Below, piece after piece: positions 39,201-50,872 of a stretch of DNA of 64,000 nt. The stretch spans positions 173,168,001 through 173,232,000 of the forward strand of contig NC_086097.1 of the NCBI RefSeq assembly GCF_963921235.1, read 5' to 3'. The position numbers and the translations under genes were made by a program. Position 1 is the first letter of the stretch; each line of letters begins with the position of its first letter. Source of the DNA: Mobula hypostoma (taxonomy: Eukaryota). Below the pieces are notes generated by a model. The model ran no database searches. It was not told the origin of the DNA and saw nothing but the letters and a program-made list of their open reading frames with translations.

Positions 39201-40500
39201 TGAAGCTCAGTTCTTGTGACAATAATATATCAATTCCAACTCCAATGCAATTTTGGGAAGTGGGAGAAAACTAGAACATTCAGGAAGAATGTGCAAGCTC
39301 CACACACAGACAGCACACAAGTTCAGAATTGAATGTGGGCCTCTGACAATGTGTGGTAGTGGCTTCACCAGCTGTGATACGGTGCACAAATTCATACTTG
39401 TTGGGGCCACCAGGTCATACCTGTCTGCTACAGGTACAAATGGGTGGGTAAACCAGCTTCCATCTGTGAAAATATGTCTACATGGCCACACAAGTTGCAA
39501 GCACTAACTAAGCATCAGGTATTTGAGTCTCAGGCCACCCAGTGGGAGGGCCTGAAGTCCACAGTCACCATCAAAGACCTTTTAATCGTTTTAAATGTCT
39601 CTAATCTCCAATAATCAGAGACATTCAAATATTATATAGAGACTCAAATGAAAAAAATAAATATTATTTAACATTTTAAAAAATGAAAAATAATTTAAAG
39701 CTCCTTAAAGTACTAGCAATTAATCAAAACAGTGAGGTCAAGCAAATAAAGGAATTCTACTGATGAATCCTTTCATGTAAATAAACCCATTGAAAATGAA
39801 TGGTGTGGCGCTTCCTCCTTCAGATATAAAACAATGGGCTGGGCTCAAAATATATCAGGCTCCCCTGTTTAGTATGTTTGTAGACTGATAAAGGTCAGGT
39901 ACATCAGAATCTAACCTCTGGTTCATCTCTGATTCCCAGATGTTAATGTATAGCCATGGAAGCAAGGACAAATCAAATAGTCAAAAATTAAAGATCAGTA
40001 CAATGCAGCTTTGTATCACTCAAAATTTTACCACTTCAGATCAGTAACCTAGAACAATAGAGAAGAGGTGCGAGCTTTAAAAAAAAGAAAAGCTGCCTTT
40101 TTATGGAAAAAAATATACACTGGTCAACAATTTTAGGGTAACAAGCTACATAGGATGATACTGAGACACAAGAGACTCCAGATGCTGGAATCTGGAGCAA
40201 CACATCATCTGATGGAGAAACCCTAAAGGTTCAGCAGCATCTGTGAGGTGGAGGGACAAGGAATTATCAATGATTTGGGTCAGGACTGATGCAGAGTTTC
40301 AAACTGAAATATGGAAAATTTCTGCCTGCCCCCAACCAGCAGATGCTACTTGACCTGCTGAGATCCCCCATAAGATTGTTTGCGCATAGGGTGAGACTGA
40401 ATTTGCTTTGGTTTCTGGTCGTCAGAAAATGACACTGTGTGAAAAGCTCAGTACACATAGAAAAAAATTCCATACAGCTTTTCCTGTCAGATTTACTTAC

Positions 40501-40612
40501 TGGTATATGTCCTTCCTCAGAACTGTTCTTCCAAGGGGATTATCAGCCTGCGGAGCCATGGATACTGAACCAATTTTAACAACCAAAGTATCCTCTTTTG
40601 TCTGTGCACTTC
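40501..40612 (-). CDS. VPS13B: VPS13B internal coding exon, 112 nt (phase 1 in, phase 2 out)
   Basis: aattgcag|GAAGTGCAC...ATATACCA|gtaagt. Reads (G)SAQTKEDTLVVKIGSVSMAPQADNPLGRTVLRKDIY(Q), matching recalled human KEDTVVLKIGSVAMAPQADNPLGRSVLRKDIYQ. Confidence 0.96.
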
Positions 40613-40814
40613 CTGCAATTCAGATTGGGAAATGCACATTACATGGTTGTAAATTCCAATTTAATTTAAACTTAAAGAAGACATGCTGTTATGATCCCAA
40701 TGTTAAACACAAAGAAATAAAAACCTCTCCCAATCAGGACATTCCATTATTAGTACTGAACAGCAAAAGAAATATTTTCTTAGCTTTAGAAAAGACAAAA
40801 CCAAGTCTATGAAC

Positions 40815-41938
40815 TTAGAAACCATAGAAAAACTACAGCATAGAAACAGGCCTTTTGGCCCTTCTTGGCTGTGCCAAACCATTTTCTGCCTAGTCCCACT
40901 GACCTGCACACGGACCATATCCCTCCATACACCTCCCATCCATGTATCTATCCAATTTATTCTTAAATGTTAAAAAAGAATCCGCATTTACCACCTCGTC
41001 TGGCAGCTCATTCCATACGCCCACCACTCTCTGTGTGAAGATGCGCCCCCAATGTTCCCTTTAAACTTTTCCCCCCTCACCCTTAACCCATGTCATCTGC
41101 TTGCATTCACTCTATCTATACCCATCAAAATTTTATATACCTCTATCAAATCTCCCCTCATTCTTCTATGCTCCAGGGAATAAAGTCCTAACCAATTCAA
41201 CCTTTCTCTGTAACTGAGTTTCTCAAGTCCCGGCAACATCCTTGTAAACCTTCTCTGCACTCTTTCAACCTTATTTATATCCTTCCTGTAATTTGGTGAC
41301 CAAAACTGAACACAACACTCCAGATTCGGCCTCACCAATGCCCTATACAACTTCATCATAAAATTCCAGCTCTTATACTCAATACTTTGGTTAATAAAGG
41401 CCAATGTACCAAAAGCTCTCTTTACGACCCTATCTACCTGTGACGCCACTTTTAGGGAATTTTGTATCTGTATTCCCAGATCCCTCTGTTCTACTGCACT
41501 CCTCAGTGCCCTATCATTAACTCTGTATGTTCTACCTTGGTTTGTCCTTCCAACGTGCAATACCTCACACTTGTCTGTATTAAACTCCATCTGCCATTTT
41601 TCAGCCCATTTTCCCAGCTGGTCCAAGTCCCTCTGCAGGCTCTGAAAACCTTCCTCACTGTCTACTACCACTCCAATCTTTGTATCATCAGCAAATTTGC
41701 TGATCCAATTTACCAGATTATCATCCAGATCATTGACATAGATGACAAATAACAATGGACCCAGCACTGATCCCTGTGGCACACCACTAGTCACAGGCCT
41801 CCACTCAGAGAAGCAATTCTCTACCACCACTCTCTGGCTTCTTCCATCGAGCCAATGTCTAATCCAATTTACCACCTCTCCATGTATACCTAGCGACTGA
41901 ATTTTCCTAACTCACCTCCCATGTGGGACCTTGTCAAA
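40815..41938 (-). mobile_element. Young 5'-truncated CR1 LINE about 200 nt upstream of the 112-nt exon acceptor
   Basis: ORF 41093..41875 (GVPQGSVLGPLLF, KFADDTK, CCVQFWSP) plus CR1 3' UTR. Confidence 0.93.
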
Positions 41939-44009
41939 TTTCTAGCATATTGAAGAAAATACAAAGCTATTCTGATACTTCTGTAAATAAAAAAGCTCTT
42001 CAACTTTCTAAAAGTCTATCTAGCTTTTAACCAATATTTAACATATATTTTAAACACAAAACATATAATAGAATGGCTCCAGAACAGGCCCTATGCCCCA
42101 TGATGTCTGTACCAATTATTATGCCAAAATACACTCCTCCTATCTAACTGTGCATGATCCATATCCATTCACTCTCTACATCTTCATGTGCTACTCTAAG
42201 TGCCTCTTTAATAGCATGATTGTATCAGTATCCATCATATCCATCACCCCGCTCTCACACCCCAGCAGCACGTTCCAGGTACCCACGACTCAGTGTGTCA
42301 AAAAACTTGCCTGGCACATATCCTTTCAACGTTTCTGCTTTCACCCCAAAGCTACACACTCTGGTGTTTGACATTTCCATCCTGGGAAAGGGACTCGACT
42401 CTCTACCCTATCTATGCCTCTCATATACCTCTCATAATTTTACAACTTGCTAAACTTCTGATGACTTCCCTTTCTAACAAAAGGTTGCCAATTTGAAATG
42501 TTAGCCACGGTACTCTCTGACCTCCTGAGGGATTTGAGAATTTTTCAGCTTTAATTCTTCTGAGAACATATTTAATGCGGAAATAGTTTTTATATATTTC
42601 CCCATGACAATAGACAACTTTTGAATAATTGACTGATTATGCAGAATTCAAAACTGTATGGGATAAATAGAACAGAAGATATAAATTAAATACTCACATA
42701 AAAATCCTTTCATTGCAAACCACAAACCCACAACTCCCAGTTCATTTTAGATAAGACATTTTCAACACAAAAATAGTGTAACTATGTCAGTGCTGTCTCT
42801 TTTGATTAACCTGAGTGATTCAGCTTTCTTATTGGTTTAATGTTGATGTTGATAATTACATGCAACCTCTCTATTCACAATCTCGGTCCTACTTGTTGAT
42901 TGGGCTTACAGGCCTGTCAATTACAAACTGAAATTAACCACCAAGGAGATTGTGGAAGTTCACAGCTCAGAAAGAGGTTATTCACCCCACTGAGTATATA
43001 CCAGCTGGAAAATTACGTAGGTTACTCTCACCTCCCAGACTTTGGTTCACTGCAGGTTCTTTGTGCGCAAACAGATATGGTTAAATGAGAAGGCTTACAA
43101 CCCCACTCTCCTTTCAGGCAGTGACTTCTAAACTCCAACCTATCATTGAGTGTTTTTTTTATTTCTAAACTTCCTTCTGATCTGTCTGCAAATTTCTATC
43201 CATCTCTGTTCCCTTATCACCGATCTCCTTTATGCTTTCCTTGTCTCATAATTTCATATGCTTACCTCAATTACATCTCCCCATAGGATTCATTTTTTTC
43301 CCCACAGTCATGAGCATTGCTCAAAACTATAATTCTCCTGCACCAGCAGCTTCTAGTTTTGTGGGTTTTGAGGTGGCTGATGAGGCCAGTATGGGAACCG
43401 CAGACTTCCATATGGGGCTGGAGATGGTTAGCAGTACAGACAGTGGGTCGTTTAGAGTATTAGAGCTACAGAGAGAGATACAGCACAGCAATATACATTT
43501 CGGCCTAAGTGCATACTGGCTATCAACCACCTACTTGCACTAATCCTACATTAATCCCTTCTTAAAATTCTCTCAGCATTCTCTTCAACTTCCCCAGACT
43601 CTACCTCTCATCTGCATACCAGAGACAATTTACAGCAGCTAATTAACCCACTAGCCTATACATCTTTAAGAGGAATCCCGGAACCTGGGTGAAACTCACA
43701 GTCTCAGAACATGCAACTCCACACATACAGTAACCTAAGTTAGAACTGAACCAGGATCTCTGATATTGTGAGGCAGTGGCTCAACTGGCTGTACTATTGT
43801 GGGATCTATTTGAGAGTTTGCGAGTTGATGCTTCCATTCTAATGTTCCTTCTTGAGGATTTTGAGCATTTCTCCATTTTAAGCAATCATGAACCAAAAGT
43901 TTCCAGCAATCAGTGGGAAGCTGCAGTCCCTCACAGATGCTTTGAGCACATCCATAAACCTTTTCCACCATGAAAGACTTTGGCAAATGTCTGCACATAC
44001 ATGGTGGAG

Positions 44010-44460
44010 AGGATCCTGACTGATTGCATCGCAGCCTGGTATTAAGACTCCAATGCGTAGGATTGCAATAGACTACAGAGGGTGGTAGACTGAGCCAGCT
44101 CCATCAAGGACACAACCTGCCCCACAATCGAGGAATCTTCAAGACACAGTGCCTCTTGAAGGCAGCACCCATCTGCAAAAGACCTTCACCATTTGGAACA
44201 TGCCCTCTTCTCATTACTACTATCGGAGAGGAGGTACAGGCGCCTGAAGACCCACACTCATTATTTTAGAAACAGCTTGTTCCCCTCCATTATCGGGTTT
44301 CTGAATGGTCTAAGAACGTTACCTCACTATTCCTCTTTTGCACTATTTATTTATTTAACTTTTAATTATAACATAGTCATTTTTATGCATTGCACTATAC
44401 TGGTGCTGCAAAACAACAAATTTCATGTCATACATCAGTGATAATAAACCTGATTCTGAT
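44010..44460 (+). mobile_element. Rex1/Babar 3' fragment
   Basis: HALFSLLLSERRYRRLKTHT..FRNSLFP; tail gataataaacctgattctgatt. Confidence 0.75.
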
Positions 44461-44889
44461 TGTGCCTGATAATATCTTCCCATGACAAACTGTCTCTTTT
44501 TGGAAGTCCAGTGATAAAATAGAAAATTTTCCACTGGCATGTCAGGCCCTGGATGCCAGGCACCCCATCAATGGAGCTTGCAACTATAGTCCACTGGGTG
44601 CACTGAGTGCCTTAATTTTGGGATATTGACCTGGAAGGACACTGATGCAAGGTTATTAATCCTTTGGTTAACATAAAGGATTCTACAGAGATAGCATCTC
44701 CACATAAATAAGCCAAAATGTCAATAGAGCAATTAATTAATCTGCCTACTCATTGCTGCCTGTATTGCAAAGTTTCTATTACCCTTATCTACATTTTTCT
44801 TTTGCTCAAAATGGAATAGTTTTGGCATTATTTAGCTTTTCCCCACCTAATTAAGGTTATCAATTGATTAAAATATTTCATGTTTTTTC

Positions 44890-46370
44890 TAGAATGCCTA
44901 TGAGATGGCTTTTTAGAGCAGCTCATGGTCGAGCCCACTAGGGGATCAGCTATTCTGGATTGGGTGTTGTGCAATGAATTGGAATTGTTTAGAGAGCTTA
45001 AGGTAAAAAAAACTCTTAGGGGCAAGTGAGTATAATATGATCGAATTCACCCTGAAATTTAAGAAGTAGGAGTCAGGATGGTTTCCTCAAGGGAAAATCT
45101 TGCCTGACAAATCTGTTGGAACTCTTTGAAGAAACAGCAAGCAAAATAGATAAAGGAAAATCAGCTGATGTTGTACACTTGGACTTTCAGAAGGCCTTTG
45201 ACAAGGTGGCACACACGAGGCTGCTCTGAGCCTATGGTATACAGAAAAGATTCTAGCATGGATAAAGCAGTGGTTAATTGGAGGGAGGAAGCAAAGAGTG
45301 GGAATAAAGGGAGCTTTTTCTGATTGGCTGCCAGTGACTAGTGGTGTTCCACAGGGGTCTCCATTGCGACCGATTCTTTTTAAGTTACATGTGAATGATT
45401 TGGATGATGGAATTGAATGCTTTGTTGCAAAGTTTGCAGGTGATATGAAGACAGGTGAAGGGGCAGGTAGTTTTGAGGGTGTAAAGAGGATATAGAAGGA
45501 CTTAGACCGATTAGGAGAATGGGCAAAGAGATGGCAGATAGAATAGTGTCGGGAAGTGTATGGCTATATACTTTGGTAGAAAAAATGAAAGAGATGACTA
45601 TTTTCTAAATAGACTGAAAATACAAAAACTGAGGCATAAAGGCACTTGAGAGTCCTTGTGCAGGTTAGTTCCCTCATGGTTAATTTGCAGGTTAAGTCTG
45701 TGGTAAGGAAAGCAAGTACGATATTAACATTCATTTGAAGAGGACTAAAATATAAAAACAAGAATGTAATGTTGAGATTTTATCAAGCATTGGTAAGGCC
45801 TTACTTGGAGTATTATGAGCAGTATATTATGAGCAGTTTTGGGCCCCTTATCTGAGAAAGGATGTGCTGAAACTGGAGAGGGTTCAAAGGAGGTTCACAA
45901 AAATTATCCCAAGATTGAATAGCTTGTCATATGAAAAGCATTTGATGGCCCTGGGTTTGTACTTACTAGAGTTCAGAAGAATGAGGGGTGACCTCACTGA
46001 AACCTATTGAATGGTGAAAGGCCTTGATAGAGTGGATGCGGATAGGATGTTGACTATGGTGGGACAGTCTAAAAGAGGACACAGACTCAGGATAGAGGGG
46101 CATCCTTTTAGAATGGAGATGAGGAGGAATTTCTTTAGCCATTGACTGATGAATCTGTGGAATTCTTTGCCACAAACAGCTGTGGAGGCCAAGTCTTTAT
46201 GTATATTTAAGGCAGAGTTAGATAGATTCTTGATTGGTCAGGGCATGAAGGGATGTAGGGTGGAGGCAGGAGATTGGGGCTGAGAAGAAAAATGGATCAG
46301 CCATGATGAAATGGTGGAGCAGACTCAATGGGCCAAATGGCTTAACTCTGCTCATACACCTTTTGGTCTT
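44890..46370 (+). mobile_element. Degenerate CR1 LINE with large internal deletion
   Basis: Endonuclease-end motifs (FLEQL..EPTRGSAILDWVLCNE) jump at about 45070 to RT (DFQKAFDKV, VTSGVPQG, KFAGD) and the 3' UTR. Confidence 0.85.
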
Positions 46371-46780
46371 GTGTATCAAAAAGGGCATAATGTCATATGT
46401 GGCATTGATGAAGAAATAAATGCAAGAAGATCTTCTGCCATTGAGTTTGCTTTGCCATTATGATCAATCTAAGCCAGTGCCATTTATCAGCCATAGTTCC
46501 ATAAACTCCTGATAAACTTACCCACAGGAGCTAGTCTCAGTGTCAGAAGGTCTAAATGCCCCTGCACCAATATTCTATGAGTGACAATTTTAGATTTACA
46601 CATGTATGTTATAAAATAGCTCTTGATTTCCATCCTCAATATCCTGCTTTTAACTTTTCAGTTCATGTAAAACGTTTCTGATTCACCAGAAGAAATCGTT
46701 CAAGGGCAGCATATCAACTGCCTCATTAATTGATGGCCTTGTACAGAAGTAAAAAAAAGCCTAACTTTACTCTTGCATAA

Positions 46781-47318
46781 ACAAGAGAAAATTTGTAGAT
46801 GCTGGAAATCCAAGCACACATAAAATTCTGGAGGAACTTAGCAGGCCAGGCAGTATCTATGGAGAAAAGCAGAGTCAATGTTTCAGGTCAAAACCTTTCA
46901 GCAGGACTGGAGAAAAAAAGCTGAGGAGTAGATTTGAAAACAGGGGGGAGGGGAGAGAGACACCAAGCAATAGATGAAATTTGGAGGTGCAGGGATGAAG
47001 CAAAAAGCTAGGAGGTTGATTGATGAAAGCGACAGAAGGCCATGGAAGAAAGAAAAAGGGGGGGGGAGGAACACCAGAGGGAGGTGATGGACGGGCAAGG
47101 AGATAACATGAGAGAGGGAAAAGGAGATGGGAAAGTGGTGAAGGTTGGAGGCTACTCAAATGGAATACAAGGTGTTGTTCCTCCAACCTAAGTGTGACCT
47201 TATCACGACAGTGGAGGAGGCCAAGGTTGGACATATCGGAATGGGAATGGGAATTGGAATTAAAATGGGTGGCCACTAGGAGATCCTGCTTGTTCTGGCG
47301 GATGGAGCGTAGATCCTT
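46781..47318 (-). mobile_element. Penelope-like retroelement 3' fragment (GIY-YIG C-terminus plus terminal repeat)
   Basis: ORF 46875..47321 reads DLLVATHFNSNSHSHSDMS..LRLEEQHLVFHLSSLQP; pyrimidine-rich UTR; degenerate hammerhead motif at 46873-46908. Confidence 0.8.
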
Positions 47319-47861
47319 CAACTCATTGTGTCCATGCCACCCTTTGTACCGACCTACACAAATCTCAATTACCTATTCAATCAGAGCTGTCTATACTTTC
47401 GTGACTGTGGTACTTGTCGAGATGCTTCGCCAATGTCATGAGGGTTTCAGCCTCTCTGACCTCTTTCACAGCACATTCCAAACACCAACCACCTTCTGTG
47501 CAAAGAATTGTCCTGATATCCACTCTCAGCCTCCGACTTATCCCTTAAACATTTTGTCTTTGACATCCCAACCATGTAAAGAAGATTTTTTCAATCTAAC
47601 CCCCCTCCCCCCCCCCCACAACTTAATATAGCTCGATGAAGTCATCGCTTAGCCTCCTCTGTTCTAGTGAAAGCAAACCAAATATCTTCTGGTCTTTCCT
47701 TATAGCTGTAATGCTCTAATCCTGCCAAATGCCCTCAGCACCTGTTCCACAGCATCACACCTTTCCTATATTGTACAATGACACACAATATTCTCAATAT
47801 GGCTTATATCAAATTCAGTGCAGAGCTAGCAACCCTCCCAAAGCAGTGTTCAATGGATTAC

Positions 47862-48273
47862 CTCCTTCATGCTGCTCATGCTCTCCTTTGGGAAAGAACA
47901 CTCGAATAACACTTGTGTTGATGTACATAAGCGGCAAGTCCCGTGATGTCAGGGCATGTGCCCTCATAGGCTGCCCAGTTGATTTCCTCTTCCCCTTCGG
48001 CGTTTTTGGCAACTTAGCTTGGAATATACTTGCCACCTTGTGAATCAATGAGAAGGAGAGCACAACATCGAATGGCTGAGCACTTAGGAGGATCTCATGG
48101 AGATACTGGGGTGAACTGTCAATGAAGCCTTCTGCCAGCCTGTGCAAGCTCCGCGAAGCCCGTTCTGATCTCGATGTTAATTTGTGTCTGACATTTCGTG
48201 TTACCGCCCTGGTGTAGGTAAGGGAAAGAAATCCATGCTGCTGGTGGGAGCCTTCTAAAAGTTTGGCTGCCAT
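47862..48273 (-). CDS. VPS13B: VPS13B internal coding exon, 412 nt (phase 0 in, phase 1 out)
   Basis: caagcag|ATGGCAGCC...GAAGGAG|gtaatc. Reads MAAKLLEGSHQQHGFLSLTYTRAVTRNVRHKLTSR...LHEILLSAQPFDVVL...GQPMRAHALTSRDLPLMYINTSVIRVFFPK, a recognisable VPS13B segment. Core of ORF 47815..48303. Confidence 0.96.
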
Positions 48274-49065
48274 CTGCTTGATCACAAAATATACACAAAT
48301 CAATAATGGGTAGCAGATATTTGTGCTAAATAAAACAGAGAAAAGTTACTTTATAGAAAGCATGCTTATTAAACTGTTTAAGGCAGTTTTAAAGTCATTT
48401 ATTTTAAGCTGCAAGCATCACCATCTGTAATAAATATATAAAAATGAAAGTAGCCTTTTTCAAAGTCTCTTACAAGCAAATTACTTCCTTGTGTAGCACC
48501 AGGTGGGCCCTCCTTTTAAATGAAAACACACAACACAATTGTAATTGAAGCCCAGGTTTACTTTGAGTGAAAAACTATTTTAATGATTTTCATTACGTGT
48601 TTCCAGTTGCAAATACAGCTTGCTGACAAAGATTCATTGTTTTAAAATTACTCCTACACCTGCTCTGGGTGTTTTGTTTTAAATAAGTCTGGGAATATAC
48701 AGCTCCACATACATAATTGTTCTATTAAAGTACTAACTACACCTTGTGCTCACTTGTTCCCTTATTTCATTGGACACCATAGTGAAGTCACAAAGCGTGA
48801 AGGAAGCCTATTGATCTCCAAAGCATTACAGCACTGTGGTGACAGTAGAAGGGATAATATCTTTATTTTAATGATCAGTTTAAAAATTATTGTTATGGTA
48901 CAATGCCCACAAGCACACAAAATATTAGGCAGTGGTGCTACTCAAGGAAGGAATTGAAAGGTTGATCACAAACTGAAGATTTCACACATAAATAGCAGTA
49001 AATTTATATAGATTAAAGGTTATTAAAAGATTAAATCAGTAAAAGTAATTTAACTTATTCCTTAC

Positions 49066-49207
49066 AGGGGGAAAGAAGCCAGAAAAATGGCTGAAAGGAT
49101 CTTGCTTGCTGAGGGGTCGAATCAACAGGGTGCGTCTGTTCAGCTTGTCAGTACAAGAAAGTACCACACCTCCAAAATGCCCGAGAGACCATGGGCCTTC
49201 CCCAAGG
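49066..49207 (-). CDS. VPS13B: VPS13B alternative exon, 142 nt (equivalent of human exon 28)
   Basis: Long pyrimidine tract ...ttacctcaag|CCTTGGGGAA...TTTCCCCCT|gtaag. Reads (S)LGEGPWSLGHFGGVVLSCTDKLNRRTLLIRPLSKQDPFSHFSGFFPP; phase 2 in, phase 0 out. Confidence 0.93.
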
Positions 49208-50805
49208 CTTGAGGTAACGGACAAGAGAGAGAAAAGAGACAGTGGTGGGGAAGGGAAAAAGCAATAAAAAAGGCCATAAGCAAAAAAAATTAAAGATTAT
49301 GTTGATTATATTGAAGGTTAATACAGCTAAAGGCAGCTGGAGGTACAGCCATCTCAGTGAACCCACGTTATGTGTTCCCAATATACCAAGAAATAAAATA
49401 GGCTTTATTGTTCTCTTGCCACCCAAATGACTGAGGTAGTCATGCCATAACTTTTATTTAATCACAAGTAGAAATGATCATCAGTAAACTCAATGAATAA
49501 ATTTTTATTAATCAAATTTACAAAATAACATGATATTATAGTAATAAAACTTGGGAAATTCAAAGAAAAATTGAATGATGTTTTAATTTTGAAGTTATAG
49601 TTATTCAACTGGGTGCACATAACAAAGGGAAAATTTAAAGACAGACTTACAGACTTCCTGTTGGTCTAATGTTTGGAATTAAATTCAGCAGAAAGTAGGA
49701 AACAAAATCCATTTGATTTGAAATGCAAGAGTAAGCATAATCAGAATAAGAAGACATAGTTAAAAGAACAAAAACCACTGCCTTCAGAAAATGCAGTGCT
49801 ACATATTTTATGGGAACATGAAATTTTCAGTTTAAAAATAATTTTAATAACTCTCATAAATTTTCCATAATTATAATAAAGTCTGCGATTATTTGTTTGC
49901 ATTTAGGTTTTTAGAATGGCACGTCACTGCCATCAGTTCAGTAATTATTTTAACTTCTGTTATTCTTTTACTTTCTCATAAACAATGAAGTGTTTTTAAA
50001 GCAAATGTATTTATACATTTATATATAAACGTATTTATATAATCCTTTGAGTTATTATAAACAGTAACTTTTATATATGGGAGGGAAGTCCCACAGATCA
50101 GAGTGGCAGCCATCTGTACAGAATTATGTTTGCCATTTTCTCTTGCAATTTAAAAAAATGTAATTCAGATATCAAAAGATTTAATTTTCAACAATAAAAA
50201 ATGAATTTAAAAGAAATTATGATTATAATTCTATTATGGACTTATTGAGTATGCCTGCAAGAAGAAAATGAATCTTAAGAGTTGTATATCGTATCTATAC
50301 TTTGATAATAAATTTACTTTGAACTTTGAAACTGGTATATTAGTTTTAAATTTTAAATGTAATTCTCTGGATAGACTAGAATTAAATGACCAAATGTTCC
50401 CGAGGAGAGAATGAAGGAGGAGGAAATGAAAGGAAGTTCTTGTCTAAATGGAATTAGGAGACTATATTTGAATAACAAATACAAATAATTAAGAGCTTTA
50501 TTTGATTATCTTTGAGGATCAGTACATATTAAGAATCACCTTCTCTGAAAAATGTGTAAGATTAGGTCTGACTGTAAATAGTCAGACTGTAAAAAGTACT
50601 ACGGGTATATTTGCTGCATCCTTTTACATATTAAGCAGTCCATGTAAAGCATGCAAAATGTCAAATCTATTGAAAAACTTCTGCTAAATAGTTTAGTTCT
50701 TTTAACCATTGTCTTCACATTCTGCCTCAGAATTTGCAAGATAATTATCACTCAATTTAAAGGATTGAGAAATCTGTTATGATTTATTCACTATGAGAGT
50801 CTCAC

Positions 50806-50872
50806 CCCAGGTTTTTCTTTGCATTGTAGAAGGATTCCATCAAATTGTCCTGTGTGCCAGCCTTCACCTGGC
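50806..50872 (-). CDS. VPS13B: VPS13B alternative exon, 67 nt (equivalent of human exon 28b)
   Basis: ttttccag|GCCAGGTGAAGG...AAACCTGGG|gtgag. Reads (R)PGEGWHTGQFDGILLQCKEKPG; phase 2 in, phase 0 out. Resembles recalled human RPGEGWQSGHFEGVFLQCKEKSV. Confidence 0.92.

Noticed and set aside
1..40500. miR-875/miR-599 cluster, which I recall lies antisense in this part of human VPS13B
   Set aside because: I could not find the mature sequences (TATACCTCAG..., GTTGTGTCAGTTTATC...) by eye. They may lie outside the window; a BLAST or Infernal search would settle it.
1..40500. Further VPS13B exons downstream of the 112-nt exon
   Set aside because: No match to the expected next-exon peptide was seen, so the region is treated as one intron.
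40408..40812. 134-aa plus-strand ORF
   Set aside because: Antisense overlap of the real minus-strand 112-nt VPS13B exon.
45811..45837. 13-bp tandem duplication tattatgagcagt
   Set aside because: Ordinary slippage inside a dead CR1.
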